A stretch of 64,000 nt of DNA from an uncultured Planctomycetota bacterium (GTDB taxonomy: Bacteria > Planctomycetota > Planctomycetia > Gemmatales > Gemmataceae). The DNA is taken from the NCBI GenBank assembly GCA_963849325.1, contig CAWKHF010000002.1, positions 512,001-576,000 on the forward strand, in the 5' to 3' direction. The number at the start of each line of letters is the position of its first letter. Position 1 is the first letter of the stretch. The notes under the pieces are model-generated. The model was not told the origin of the DNA. It ran no database searches and saw only the letters and a list, made by a program, of their open reading frames with translations. A program made the position numbers and the translations under genes. Below, piece by piece: positions 45,388 through 55,835 of the stretch.

Positions 45388-46018
45388 GGTGTTGGGGCTG
45401 GCGGCCATCGCGTTGACGTGTTACTTCGTCCTGGTGGTCAGCGCGATCGGCGCGAGGGTGTTCTTCTGGGTGCCTGGACTGCCGCATGGGCCGGAGGATG
45501 TGCCGTTCATCAGCGGCGGCTTCCTGGGAGGGTTCACCCTCGTCTCGGTGGTGTTCGCCGCGGCGCTGGGTTTCCGGCAGTCGGCGTGGGAGTCGGGGCG
45601 GGGGACGTACCTGTTCCTGCTGCACCGGCCGATGCGGCGCGACACGATCTTTTGCACCAAGCTGGCGACCGGGATTGGCGTCTTTGTACTCTGTGCCAGT
45701 CTGCCAATCGTGGTTTATGCCGCCTGGGCGGCGATGCCGGGCCATCACGCGGGACCGTTCGAGTGGTCGATGACCGGGCCGGCCTGGCAGCTCGTCTTTC
45801 TGATGCCGTTGTTGTACCTGGGCGCCTTTCTCAGCGGTCTGCGGCCGGCTCGCTGGTTCGGTACGCGCTTGCTGCCGCTGGCTGCCTCGGTGGCGCTGCT
45901 GGTCCTGGTGTACTCGTTGCCGTGGTGGTGGTATCTCCGTTTTCCCCTGGCGTTGGTGCTGTATGCGCTGCTGGCGGCCACAGTCTGTCACGTGGCGCGG
46001 CTGCGGGATTACGCTTAA
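45356..46018 (+). CDS. ABC-2 type permease
   Basis: MKALVRKELRE, about 6 TM segments, 'E.GRGTYLFLLHRPM.R..I...K'. Confidence 0.82.
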   Translation: MKALVRKELREVLGLAAIALTCYFVLVVSAIGARVFFWVPGLPHGPEDVPFISGGFLGGFTLVSVVFAAALGFRQSAWESGRGTYLFLLHRPMRRDTIFCTKLATGIGVFVLCASLPIVVYAAWAAMPGHHAGPFEWSMTGPAWQLVFLMPLLYLGAFLSGLRPARWFGTRLLPLAASVALLVLVYSLPWWWYLRFPLALVLYALLAATVCHVARLRDYA

Positions 46019-46035
46019 CAGGAGTGCAAACTGTC

Positions 46036-47521
46036 ATGACGAACAAGGGATTGTTTCCGCGCCTCGTGCTGGCCACGGTCCTGGCCGTCGGCTTTCTGTG
46101 TGTCTGGGGCGTGATCGGCGTATGGGCGGTCGAGGTCTGGCAGGTCCTGTCCTTGGTATACGCCGAGAGAGAGAATCTGTCGTTTCGGACGGAGGGGACG
46201 GCGGTGCGGATACAGCATGACGGCCGAGGAAACACGCACTATCGAGACCTGGAGGGCAACCTCGTGACGCTGCCCGAAGACAAGGCGGAGGAATGGCTGC
46301 ATGGAACGCGATTGCCGGCGTCGCTGCCGTTGTCGGTGAGGGTCGGCGACATCGCCTGGGAGGACCGTATTCGCTCCTTCGACGATGGCCGAAGGCCGGC
46401 TGTTCGATGGCACTTCATCGGCGACGGCCAGCCACGGGGGGAGGCCTACTTCGTCGGCTACGACAGCCAGAGCAAGGAGTGTGTCGGCTACCTGGGCACG
46501 ACCGGCTTTCGCGGGGAGATGCCCACGGCGGACGAGCGTTTCCCCTTCGCCGGCGCGATGTCGGGACGCTATACCCGCGTGTTCTGTCCCGAGCGCAAAC
46601 CGGGTCAAGAGCACACGGTGAACCCGCGCGACGACAGCACCGTTGAGGGCGCGTTATCGCCGTAGATCGTGTACGTCCTCGGCCACGACCAGAGGTTGTA
46701 CGAGGCGGATCTGCGAAACGCACGGTGCGGATCGTCCTCGATGAGCCGCGTCTTCGCTCGGTAGCCCTGGTCGGCGACTCACCGAGGCAGGCACGGGCCG
46801 AGTTCCATCGCCTGGCGGCGCGGATGGATGAGGAGATACTCGTGCTGGACGATCGCCAGCGAGTAGCGCGGCGCTATCCGATCCCTCCGGTGCTGCGCGA
46901 AGAAACATTCCTGTTCGCGGAAACGACGGCTGGCGAGGCGTTGATGTACCGCGAGCGCATGGAATCCTTCCTGGGGACGGAAGCGAATTACCGGATCTGC
47001 TGGGTCCGAGCCGACGGTTCGATCCGCGAGGCGGAAGTCCATCTATCGTGCGGCCACGTCGATGCGGCCACGCGCCCGGCGAGGTGGTTTTGCCTTCTCT
47101 GCTGGTGGGACCGGTTTTCCCGTCTCCCCTGGTGCTCAACGTGGTCCTTGGCATCTTCTTGCCCCGGGATCTACTTGAGGAAGGCCGGGCCGCGACGTTC
47201 CCCGAGGCGCTGGCTCGGACGCTGACGGAGTTCTGGCCGGCGTTGACGATTGCTCAACTGCTGGCCGCTGGATTGGCCGTACACTGCCATCGTCGGCAGG
47301 TACGTTACGGGGCCAGCGGGCGCGAGCGCGTAGCCTGGCCGCTGTTTGTGCTGCTGCTCGGTCTGCCGGGCTGGATCGGCTATCGTTTCGGGCGCTCGTG
47401 GCCGGTGCTCGAAGCGTGTCCGACGTGCGGGGAGGGAGTCCCGCGCGACCGAGGCGACTGCACCCGCTGCCGCGCCGAATTTCCGAAGCCGGCGCTCCAG
47501 GGCGTCGAGGTGTTCGCCTGA
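46036..47521 (+). CDS. Membrane protein with large extracytoplasmic domain and C-terminal zinc ribbon; interrupted by in-frame TAG (46663) and frameshifts
   Basis: N-terminal TM, 'YFVGYDSQSKECVGYLG'; continues in ORFs 46725 and 47048 ending in TMs plus CPTC...CTRC. Confidence 0.65.
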
Positions 47522-47596
47522 TCCGGCGGCGAATCTTTCATTTGTCCTCGTGGAGCGGTATGATGCCTTCGGGTTTCTCCCGCGAGTGCAGATGTC

Positions 47597-49360
47597 ATGA
47601 GTCTTTCGCTTCGATTGCAGCCAAGTGTCCCGCTGTGGTCTTCGGCCGTAGTCATGTTCCTGCTGATGTCGCTTGTCGTGCTGCTCGGCTGCTCCAACTC
47701 GACGAACCCAACTCAGCCGGCCGTCAGCGCCGAGGAGACAAGCGGCCAGGACTGGTTCGAGGACGTCACCGAGTCCGCCGGACTCGACTTCGTTCACGAC
47801 CCCGGACCCACCGGGACTTTCTTCCTGCCGCAGTCGATGGCTTCCGGCTGTGCTTTCTTCGATTGCGACGGCGATGGCTTGCTCGACATCTATCTGCTGC
47901 AACACGCCGGGCCGAACTCGAAGTCGGTCAACCGCCTTTACCGGCAAGGTCCGGTTGGAAAATTCCGGGACGTGACAGAGGGTTCGGGGCTGGGCGTGGC
48001 GGGCTACGGCATGGGGGTGGCCATCGGCAACGTCAACAACGACGGCCGGCCCGACGTGCTGCTGACCCAGTACGGCTCTCTCAAGCTCTTCCTCAACCTC
48101 GGCGGTGGACGCTTCCGCGACGTCACCGAGGCGTCTGGCCTGCTCAATCCTCTGTGGGGCGCCTCCGCCGCTTTCCTCGACTACGACCGCGATGGCCGGC
48201 TCGACCTCGTGGTTGTCAACTACCTCGATTGCGATCCGTATCGAGATTGTGAATCGCCCGACGGCAAGAGAGACTTTTGCGGTCCCAATCAGTTCCTTGG
48301 CACTTGCAGCAAGTTGTTCCACAACCGCGGCCCCGCACCGGAGTCGGACGGCAAACCCGCGACGCCGGTGCGTTTCGAGGACGTGAGTTTCGCCTCCGGC
48401 ATTGGTCGGCTGCCGGGTCCGGGACTGGGCGTGGCCTGCGCCGACTTCGACGGCGATGGCTGGCCCGACATCTTCGTCGCCAACGACGGCCAGCCCAATC
48501 GTCTCTGGATCAACCGCCACGACAGCACCTTCGTCAACGAGGCCGTTTCGCGCGGCCTCGCCTACACGTCGATGGGCAAGGCGTTCGCCGGCATGGGCGT
48601 CGCCGTCGGCGACGTCGATAACGATGGTCTGCTCGACCTGTACGTCACCCACCTGGGCAGCGAGACGAATACGCTATGGCGTCAGGGTCCGCGAGGCGAG
48701 TTTCGCGATGAGACGCGGCAGTCGGGGCTGGCCTCGCCGCGCGGGCACGGCACCGGCTTCGGCACCCTCCTGGCCGACTTCGACAACGATGGCGCCCTCG
48801 ACCTTGCCGTCGTCAACGGCCGAGTCCTCAATGGCGGCCCGGCGAAGGATCCTCGCCTGGGCTTTTGGGAGCCTTACGCCGAGCGCAACCAACTCTTCGC
48901 CGGCGATGGCAAGGGCGGCTTCCGGGACATTTCGCCGTCCAACCCGGTACTGTGCGGTCCCTGGAACGTGGCCCGTGGCCTGGCCCGCGCCGACTTCGAC
49001 GGCGATGGAGCGCCGGACCTGCTTATTAACATCACCGGCGCACGGGCGCGGCTGTTGCGGAACGTGGCACCTAACCGGGGGCACTGGCTGGCGGTGCGGG
49101 CCATCGATCCCAGGCAGAAGCGCGACGCCTATGGCGCCGAGGTGCGCGTGCGGGCCGGCAAGAAGGAGTGGATGCGATCGATCAACCCGGCCGAGAGCTA
49201 CCTCAGCAGCAGCGACCCGACGGCCCACTTCGGACTCGGAGAGGCGGCGCGTTTCGACGCCATGGTCGTGACCTGGCCCGACGGCGTCCGTGAGCGCTTC
49301 GACGGCGGCGCCGCCGACCGCGCCGTCCCGTTGCGGCGAGGGGAGGGACGCACGCCATGA
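47597..49360 (+). CDS. CRTAC1/ASPIC-UnbV family FG-GAP repeat lipoprotein
   Basis: LLGC lipobox, repeats DCDGDGLLDIY, DFDGDGWPDIFVAND, C-terminal AYGAEV...SYLSS....HFGLG. Confidence 0.92.
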   Translation: MSLSLRLQPSVPLWSSAVVMFLLMSLVVLLGCSNSTNPTQPAVSAEETSGQDWFEDVTESAGLDFVHDPGPTGTFFLPQSMASGCAFFDCDGDGLLDIYLLQHAGPNSKSVNRLYRQGPVGKFRDVTEGSGLGVAGYGMGVAIGNVNNDGRPDVLLTQYGSLKLFLNLGGGRFRDVTEASGLLNPLWGASAAFLDYDRDGRLDLVVVNYLDCDPYRDCESPDGKRDFCGPNQFLGTCSKLFHNRGPAPESDGKPATPVRFEDVSFASGIGRLPGPGLGVACADFDGDGWPDIFVANDGQPNRLWINRHDSTFVNEAVSRGLAYTSMGKAFAGMGVAVGDVDNDGLLDLYVTHLGSETNTLWRQGPRGEFRDETRQSGLASPRGHGTGFGTLLADFDNDGALDLAVVNGRVLNGGPAKDPRLGFWEPYAERNQLFAGDGKGGFRDISPSNPVLCGPWNVARGLARADFDGDGAPDLLINITGARARLLRNVAPNRGHWLAVRAIDPRQKRDAYGAEVRVRAGKKEWMRSINPAESYLSSSDPTAHFGLGEAARFDAMVVTWPDGVRERFDGGAADRAVPLRRGEGRTP

Positions 49361-50754
49361 CCCTGTCGATTCCCACGGGAAGACCATCGACAAGCGGCCG
49401 GAGACGATGGTCTCTCCTCGGTGTCCTTCTCTTGCTGCTGGCCGGCGCTGTCGCCGGTGTCTGGTGGTGGTTGCGGCCGTCCGCGGCCGTCCCCGCCGAC
49501 CCGCCGATGCCCCCCGACATCCAGGACGCGGAGGTTCGGCACACCATCGAACGGGCGCGGCAGAAGATCCTCGACAATCGACACTCCGCCGACGCCTGGG
49601 GACAGCTAGGCATGGTGCTGCTGGCCCATCTGTTCGATAAGGAGTCTGATCGCTGCTTCGCGGAAGCGGCCCGCCTTCATCCGACCGACCCGCGCTGGCC
49701 TTACGGCCGCGCCCGAATCGCCCTGAAACGCGATCCCGGTAACGCCTTGCCCTTGCTGCGGCAGGCGGCGGCGGCCTCCGACCCGCGGTCGTCTCAAGAG
49801 TCTTGCTATCGCCTGGAGTTGGCCGAAACCCTGCTGGACCGACAGCAACTCGACGAAGCCGAAAAGTTGTTTCGAGAGGAGCGGCGCCGCCATCGAGCGA
49901 ACCTGCGGGCCGCGCTCGGCCTGGGGTTGGTGGCGCGAGCGCGGGGCGATCAGCGGGCCGCCGCCGACTTCCTGACCGCCGCACGGGCCAGCCCTCATGC
50001 CCGCAAGTTGGCGACGGCCCAGCTGGCCGCACTCGCTCGCGCTCGCGGCGATACGGCGGCAGCCGATGCCTATGAAAGAGAAGCCGCTGCCCCGCCCGAC
50101 GATACGACGTGGCCGGACCCGTTCCTCGACCAGATCATGCAGTTGCGCGTCGGTCACCGCCGAAGCGAACGAGAAGTGAGCGACCTGGAACGGGAGCACC
50201 GCTACACGGAGGCGGCGCAACGGTGGCTTCAGCTGCTTCAGGAACATCCGACCCCGGACGCCTATGTCGGGGCCGGTATCAACCTGGCCCGCATCAAGGA
50301 CTACGAGAAGGCCCTGCCGCTGCTGCGGGAGGGCATGCGACTGGACCCGAACAACGCCAAGGCCCACTACAGTCTCGCCGTGGCGCAGTTCAGCCGCGCC
50401 GAGGAGGAGTGGCAGCAGTCGCCCGGCTCCGCCCAGGCCAAGGAATGGCTGGGCGAGGCGGTAACGCATGCGCGGCGAGCGACGGAGCTGAAACCCGATC
50501 ACGCTTTCGCGTACCTGATCTGGGGACTGGCCCTGAAATACCTGGATCAGCCCGCCGCCGCTGTCGTCCCTCTGCGCAAGGGCGTTGCCTGCCGCCCGGA
50601 GTCCCTGGAGTTGCAACTGGGGCTGGGCGAGGCCTTGCTGGAGTCGGGGCAGGACCGAGAGGCAACGACCCATCTGGAGAATGCTCGCCGTCTGGATCCC
50701 AACGACACGCGGCCCATCCGCGACCTCGAGCGACTGCGGGCCAAGAAAGGTTGA
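49357..50754 (+). CDS. Membrane-anchored tetratricopeptide repeat protein
   Basis: N-terminal TM, multiple TPRs; ATGA overlap with the CRTAC1 gene. Confidence 0.88.
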   Translation: MTLSIPTGRPSTSGRRRWSLLGVLLLLLAGAVAGVWWWLRPSAAVPADPPMPPDIQDAEVRHTIERARQKILDNRHSADAWGQLGMVLLAHLFDKESDRCFAEAARLHPTDPRWPYGRARIALKRDPGNALPLLRQAAAASDPRSSQESCYRLELAETLLDRQQLDEAEKLFREERRRHRANLRAALGLGLVARARGDQRAAADFLTAARASPHARKLATAQLAALARARGDTAAADAYEREAAAPPDDTTWPDPFLDQIMQLRVGHRRSEREVSDLEREHRYTEAAQRWLQLLQEHPTPDAYVGAGINLARIKDYEKALPLLREGMRLDPNNAKAHYSLAVAQFSRAEEEWQQSPGSAQAKEWLGEAVTHARRATELKPDHAFAYLIWGLALKYLDQPAAAVVPLRKGVACRPESLELQLGLGEALLESGQDREATTHLENARRLDPNDTRPIRDLERLRAKKG

Positions 50755-50762
50755 GCCGTTTA

Positions 50763-50820
50763 TCCGAGCCGGAAGCGGAAACGAAGGTTGCCGTTCCTTC
50801 GCTCACACTTCCGGCTCGGA
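50763..50820. repeat. REP-like palindrome, family A
   Basis: tccgagccggaagcg...cacttccggctcgga. Confidence 0.8.
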
Positions 50821-50834
50821 GGAGAAGAGTGATC

Positions 50835-51443
50835 ATGGACCCGATACTGGTCGTTGGCTCACGCAATCGCAAGAAGCGCGAGGAGATCGTCGAGATCCTC
50901 GGCGACCTCGGCCTGGACCTGCGCGATCTGACCGGATGGCCGGACGCGCCGGAGGTGGTCGAGGACGGCGCGACGTTCGCCGACAACGCTCGCAAGAAGG
51001 CGGTGGAGCTGGCGCGGCACCTGGGGCAGTGGGTGCTGGGCGAGGACAGTGGACTGGTGGTGCCGGGACTGAACGGACGGCCTGGCGTCTACTCGGCGCG
51101 GTATGCCGGCACGCAGGGCGATGATGCAGCCAACAACGCGCGACTGCTGGCGGAGCTGGCACCGCTGCCCGAAGATCGCCGCGCCGCTTACTACGTCTGC
51201 ACCGCCGCCTTGGCCGACCCGCGCGGCGAGGTCCGCGCCGTGGTCGAGGGTCGCTGCCACGGCGTCATCGTCCGCGAGCTGCGCGGCAGCGGCGGCTTCG
51301 GCTATGATCCCCTCTTCCTCATCCCCGAGTATCATCGTACCTTCGGCGAGCTGAGCGGGCACGTCAAGCACGCCCTGAGCCACCGCGCCCGCGCACTGGC
51401 CCAAATCCGGCCGGCGCTGCGCCAACTCGTGATCTCCGTTTAG
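50835..51443 (+). CDS. rdgB: Non-canonical purine NTP pyrophosphatase (RdgB/HAM1)
   Basis: SRNRKK..E, E.G.TFADNA..KA, EDSGL.V..LNGRPGVYSARY, GFGYDPLF, K..LSHRARA. Confidence 0.95.
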   Translation: MDPILVVGSRNRKKREEIVEILGDLGLDLRDLTGWPDAPEVVEDGATFADNARKKAVELARHLGQWVLGEDSGLVVPGLNGRPGVYSARYAGTQGDDAANNARLLAELAPLPEDRRAAYYVCTAALADPRGEVRAVVEGRCHGVIVRELRGSGGFGYDPLFLIPEYHRTFGELSGHVKHALSHRARALAQIRPALRQLVISV

Positions 51444-51499
51444 CCGCGACGCGCAGCGGAGCGCGGCAGCCGCGCTCCGCTGCGCGTCGCGGCTAAACG
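51437..51499. repeat. REP-like palindrome, family D; supplies the rdgB stop codon
   Basis: Perfect ~30-bp stem cgtttagccgcgacgcgcagcggagcgcggc; the TAG is at 51441-51443. Confidence 0.9.
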
Positions 51500-51704
51500 A
51501 AACACGATCACGCCGCATGTACGCCGGGGGTGTTGCCTGCCTTATCCTTCCCCTCAATTCCCCAGCTCCCGAATTATCTCCCACCACTCAAGCCACACCG
51601 GCGAAATCACCGATACTTTCAGCACGGGCGAAACAACCGCTCCCACCGTCGCGGCTGTCCGGGTAAGCCGGGCAAAGCGATGAGGTCTGGAGGAGGTAGC
51701 AATC

Positions 51705-53606
51705 ATGATCCTTGGTTCGGCCCTTCGCGGGGCGGCGCGGTTTGGCCGAGACGGTGCGAGCCATCGCTCCCGCGCCGCGCGTGTCTTCCGCAACGCGGGT
51801 GTGCTGCTCCTGGCTGCGGTCGGCGTGGTTGCCGCAGGCGATCCCTCCGATTCACTGCCGGCCGTCACCACCAAGACCGAGCCAGCGGCCCCGCAATATC
51901 TGCCCTCGTATCCACCGCCCGGAGGCCAATCCGCCGACGCGGTACTCCCCGATCCGGGACAGGTGCTGAAACCGCGCCCGCCGTTGGCCGGCCCGTCGCC
52001 CAACTCCGTCGTGCTGCCGCCCATCCAGTCGCTTCCCAACGAGAGCAAGGGAAGTTCCTCCTCGGCTCGGCCCTCCGGCAAACCATCCGCAGACGACCGC
52101 TCCCGCTCACCCTCGCTCCTGGAGCCGCCGCCCCCCCTTGGCGATTCGCAGTCCATCCCAACCAATCGCAAGGATCCCGGCCGCGAGAAAGCATCCGAAA
52201 CCACCGCCGAGTACACACTGGATGTCGTCATCGGACAGCCACGGTTGCTGGCCTTCCCCGACGTGCCGCAGCGCGTCGTCCTGACCGTGGACGAGAACGA
52301 TCCCGTCGCCAGCCTCCGCGAGGTGCCGCGCAAGAACCGCGAGTGGTATCTGGTAGGCAAGAAGCCGGGCACCGCGTTCCTCGACATCTGGCTGGCCGAC
52401 CCGACCAACGCCACCTCGCGCCGCGTGCTGCACTACACCATTCACGTCCTCGGCGACCCCGAGAACAAGGAGCAGCGCAACACGGTCTACCAGACCCTCG
52501 AGCGCGAGATCAACCGGACCTTCCCCGGCAGCGTCGTCCGCCTCAAGCAAGCCGGCGATAGCCTGGTGGTGTCCGGCTACGCCCGCAACGTCTTCGAGGC
52601 GACGCGCATCCTCTTGATCGCCCGCGAGAACGCGCCGGGCGCCCGCCGAGGAGCGGGCGACAAGACCAACTCGGCGGACGCTTCGCTCCGGCGCACGTCG
52701 CCGTCGCTGCAAGCGACCCTCGACGATTATCAAAACGCCGGCGGGCCGCACGTCATCAACCTGCTGCGCATTCCGGGCGAGCAGCAAATCATGCTGCGCA
52801 TCGTCGTCACCGAGGTGAACCGAGCGGCGGCGCGCAGCCTCGGCGTGGACTTCGGCATCGGCGAAAAGCAGGCGACGATTTTCCGCGACCGCCCGGCCAC
52901 CGCGGACGGTTCGTCCACGCTGGTGGATAACGGCTGGATCGCCCAGGCCATCAAGACGTTAGAAGACCTCCATTATGCGCATCCGCTGGCCGAGCCGACC
53001 TTGACGACGCTGAATGGGCAGACGGCGCGCTTCCAGGCGGGCGGCGAATTTCCGGTGCCGGTCGTGACGCCGTCGCCGTCGGGGGCGGTGCAAGGCATCT
53101 CGTTCCGGCCCTACGGCGTGCAGCTGAGCGTGCAGCCGGTCGTCGCCGACACCGACCGCATCCGCCTCACCGTATCGGCGGACGTCAGCGCCACCGACCC
53201 GGCGGCCGGTACGATGGTGGGCAACACGGCCATCCCCGGCATGAAGGTGCGCAATTTCCAGTCCACCGTCGAACTGCGCGAGGGCGAGACGTTGGCAGTG
53301 GCCGGCCTGATTCGCAGTCCCGGCGGCGACGCGCCTCCGCCGGGCGTAGCGCCGCAGGCCGGACCTGGGCCGGCCGATCAGGAGTTGGTCGTGCTCGTCT
53401 CGCCGCTGCTGCTCCGTGCGCCCGGCCCGAACACGCGCACGGTCAGCCGCCAGGCCGAGCCGGTCGTCAATCCGCTCAACCCGCGCGACATCGAGATGTA
53501 CCTGCGCAGCGGCGGCTCGCACGTACCGCGAGGCGACGCGATGTACCTGTTTGGACCGCAAGGGTACGCCGAGGATGTGCGGCAAGGATCGGCGCCGAGG
53601 CGTTGA
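51705..53606 (+). CDS. cpaC: Tad/Flp pilus secretin CpaC/RcpA-like
   Basis: 'VINLLRIPGEQQIMLRIVVTEVNR', 'LAEPTLTTLNGQTARFQAGGEFPVP', 'STVELREGETLAVAGLI', 'ELVVLVSP'. Confidence 0.85.
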   Translation: MILGSALRGAARFGRDGASHRSRAARVFRNAGVLLLAAVGVVAAGDPSDSLPAVTTKTEPAAPQYLPSYPPPGGQSADAVLPDPGQVLKPRPPLAGPSPNSVVLPPIQSLPNESKGSSSSARPSGKPSADDRSRSPSLLEPPPPLGDSQSIPTNRKDPGREKASETTAEYTLDVVIGQPRLLAFPDVPQRVVLTVDENDPVASLREVPRKNREWYLVGKKPGTAFLDIWLADPTNATSRRVLHYTIHVLGDPENKEQRNTVYQTLEREINRTFPGSVVRLKQAGDSLVVSGYARNVFEATRILLIARENAPGARRGAGDKTNSADASLRRTSPSLQATLDDYQNAGGPHVINLLRIPGEQQIMLRIVVTEVNRAAARSLGVDFGIGEKQATIFRDRPATADGSSTLVDNGWIAQAIKTLEDLHYAHPLAEPTLTTLNGQTARFQAGGEFPVPVVTPSPSGAVQGISFRPYGVQLSVQPVVADTDRIRLTVSADVSATDPAAGTMVGNTAIPGMKVRNFQSTVELREGETLAVAGLIRSPGGDAPPPGVAPQAGPGPADQELVVLVSPLLLRAPGPNTRTVSRQAEPVVNPLNPRDIEMYLRSGGSHVPRGDAMYLFGPQGYAEDVRQGSAPRR

Positions 53607-53626
53607 GAGAGCTAACCGAATGAGCT

Positions 53627-53685
53627 ACGAGCCCGGAGCGCAAGCGACGGGTTGTACAGACCCGTCGCTTGCGCTCCGGGCTTGT
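53627..53685. repeat. REP-like palindrome, family C
   Basis: agcccggagcgcaagcgacgggt...acccgtcgcttgcgctccgggct. Confidence 0.88.
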
Positions 53686-53713
53686 GGGCCAAGCGAGTTC
53701 TTGAGGTGAACCG

Positions 53714-55789
53714 ATGAGAGGTCGTCACGGCTGCACGTGGGTGGCGATGGGGCTGGGACTGCTGGCCCCGCTGGGCTGTTCGTCGTGGAGGCCGGGCGGG
53801 ATCGAGTTGGTGAGCGAGACGGTGCTGCCGGCCCAACCCGCCGCGCCGACCCAACCCGCCGCGCCGAAGCCGAGTGAGCTATCTCCCCAGCAGTCCGCCC
53901 AATTGTGCCTGGCGGCCGCCGACGCGCTGGAGAAGAAGGGCTACGTCGCCGAGGCCGTTCGCCAGTACGAGAACGCGCGAACGCACGATCCGCACGCGAC
54001 ACTGGTGTCGCGCCACCTGGCCGTCCTTTACGATCAGCAAGGCGACGCCGCCCGCGCCGAGGCCGAATACCAGCGTGCCCTGCGCGAGCAGCCCGGCGAC
54101 GCGGAGCTGCTCAACGACGTGGGATATTTCCATTATCGGCACGACCGCGCAGGCCGCCGAGACCTGGCTGCGCAACGCCGTCACGGTCGATCCCAACTGC
54201 CGCTGTGCCTGGATCAATCTTGGCCGGGTGCTGGCCCAGCAGCAGCGTTTCGACGAGAGCTATCAGGCGTTCGCCCGTGTGCTAAGTCCGGCCGAGGCGC
54301 ACTCGAACCTCGGCGTCTTGCTGGCCAAGCAGGGCCGCATCGGCGAAGCGCGGACGGCGTTCCAGCGGGCGTTGTCGCTCGATCCCACGCTGAAGCAGCC
54401 GCAGGCGTTTTTGAACGCCCTGCCGCGAACTCCGTCGCTGTTGCCGCCGGGCATCACCCAGCATTCTCCATCGGCCCCGCCGAACGAAACGAGCACGGCG
54501 CCTCCGCCGGTAATTGTGTCCGCGCCGCCGCGTCCAACGATCGTCCCAGGGGTCGCGCCTCCGGCGCTTCGGACGGCGGCCTGTACCGCTCCATCGCCTT
54601 CGCCGGCTGCCAGCGTCACGCTGCCGGTGGTCTCAGGCGCTCCCACTGCGTTGACGCAAGCGCCGGTAGTGCTCCAACCACGGCTCATGCCGATCGCCGC
54701 GCCCCAGGCGCTGCCCGTGCGGACCCTCACCGGCGCTCTGCCTCCTCCTCCGCCCCAGCCGGCCGTCGTCCTTCAACAGCTGCCCGCGCCGATGGCCTCG
54801 CCCCCGCCGCGCGTCGCCGCCGGAGCCATGGCGCCGGCTCCCGCGGTCCTCTACGCCCCGTCGCCGGCCGCCCCAACCGCTCCGCCTTCTCCGCTGCCCC
54901 TGCCGGTCATCGTCTCTCCGCCCTCGCCGGCCGCTCAAGCGCGCCGCCGGTTTGTCCGGCTCCGCCGTCCGTCGCCGTCTCTCGACCGGACGTCCCGGCA
55001 GTCGGTTCGCCCGAGGATCTGATGGCTCGGTGCCAGGCGGCTTGGAAAAGCTGGGATTCCTTGCACTCGCAGGCGCTTGCCAGCCAATCTCCGGTGGCGG
55101 CCGCTTCGCCGGCGACGACCACTACCGCCCCGAACGCCGCCTCTACTTCGGTGGATGCTGCCAGCGGGCGAACGGCCCCCTCAACGGCCGTCGCCAGCGC
55201 CCCGCCGGTTCGGAGTCCAGCCTCTCCGTCACCGACGGTCGCGTACTCCCCACCGCCTCCCGTGGGCACGATGAAGCCCATGCCGGCCGGCGAGGGCAGT
55301 CCGCTCCCTGCGATTCGGACCACTCCCGCAGTCCCATCCTCGCCGACGGCACTTCGCGCCGCGCAGGCGGGGCCGACCCTGGCCTGCTCCCCGCCGTCTC
55401 CGCCGACCGCCGCCCCGGACGGACCTCCGCTCTTGCCCCTGCCGGCCGTCTCGACCGCGCCGCCCGCCGCCGCGAAGAGTACGCCGCCGGCGCCGATGAT
55501 CGTCAAGGCCAAGCAGCCTTCTCCTTCGCCGTCCCTCGCATGTACACCATCGTCCTCCCCGGCCCTGCCGGCACTGTGTGCCCTGCCGATACCGCCGCCG
55601 GCGCTGCTGTCTCGGAGTGTCCCTAACACCGCACTGCCGCAGCTGCATGCAGCGGTCTCACCCGCCGTCGAGGGCGCCGCTCCGGCAGAGAGCCGGCCGC
55701 CGAAGGTCATTCTCGTCGATTGCGAAAGCGATGCGGAAAAACGCGCCGGAGACAAAACCGAGGTGCGACCATCCGAGCCGCGACCGTAA
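53714..55789 (+). CDS. TadD-like TPR lipoprotein with long Pro/Ala/Ser-rich tail (2 frameshifts)
   Basis: LAPLGC lipobox; TPRs 'HLAVLYDQQG', 'LLNDVGY', 'AEAHSNLGVLLAKQG'; low-complexity tail from about 54420. Confidence 0.75.
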   Translation: MRGRHGCTWVAMGLGLLAPLGCSSWRPGGIELVSETVLPAQPAAPTQPAAPKPSELSPQQSAQLCLAAADALEKKGYVAEAVRQYENARTHDPHATLVSRHLAVLYDQQGDAARAEAEYQRALREQPGDAELLNDVGYFHYRHDRAGRRDLAAQRRHGRSQLPLCLDQSWPGAGPAAAFRRELSGVRPCAKSGRGALEPRRLAGQAGPHRRSADGVPAGVVARSHAEAAAGVFERPAANSVAVAAGHHPAFSIGPAERNEHGASAGNCVRAAASNDRPRGRASGASDGGLYRSIAFAGCQRHAAGGLRRSHCVDASAGSAPTTAHADRRAPGAARADPHRRSASSSAPAGRRPSTAARADGLAPAARRRRSHGAGSRGPLRPVAGRPNRSAFSAAPAGHRLSALAGRSSAPPVCPAPPSVAVSRPDVPAVGSPEDLMARCQAAWKSWDSLHSQALASQSPVAAASPATTTTAPNAASTSVDAASGRTAPSTAVASAPPVRSPASPSPTVAYSPPPPVGTMKPMPAGEGSPLPAIRTTPAVPSSPTALRAAQAGPTLACSPPSPPTAAPDGPPLLPLPAVSTAPPAAAKSTPPAPMIVKAKQPSPSPSLACTPSSSPALPALCALPIPPPALLSRSVPNTALPQLHAAVSPAVEGAAPAESRPPKVILVDCESDAEKRAGDKTEVRPSEPRP

Positions 55790-55835
55790 GGGAGCGATGG
55801 AAACCCGCGCTCCCTTACGGTCGCGGCTCGGATGG
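55769..55835. repeat. REP-like palindrome, family E; contains the stop codons of both convergent genes
   Basis: Perfect 28-bp stem ccatccgagccgcgaccgtaagggagcg with an 11-nt loop. Confidence 0.92.

Noticed and set aside
51500-51704. Possible riboswitch or ncRNA upstream of the secretin
   Set aside because: I could not match a c-di-GMP or other aptamer consensus by eye; an Infernal/Rfam scan would decide.
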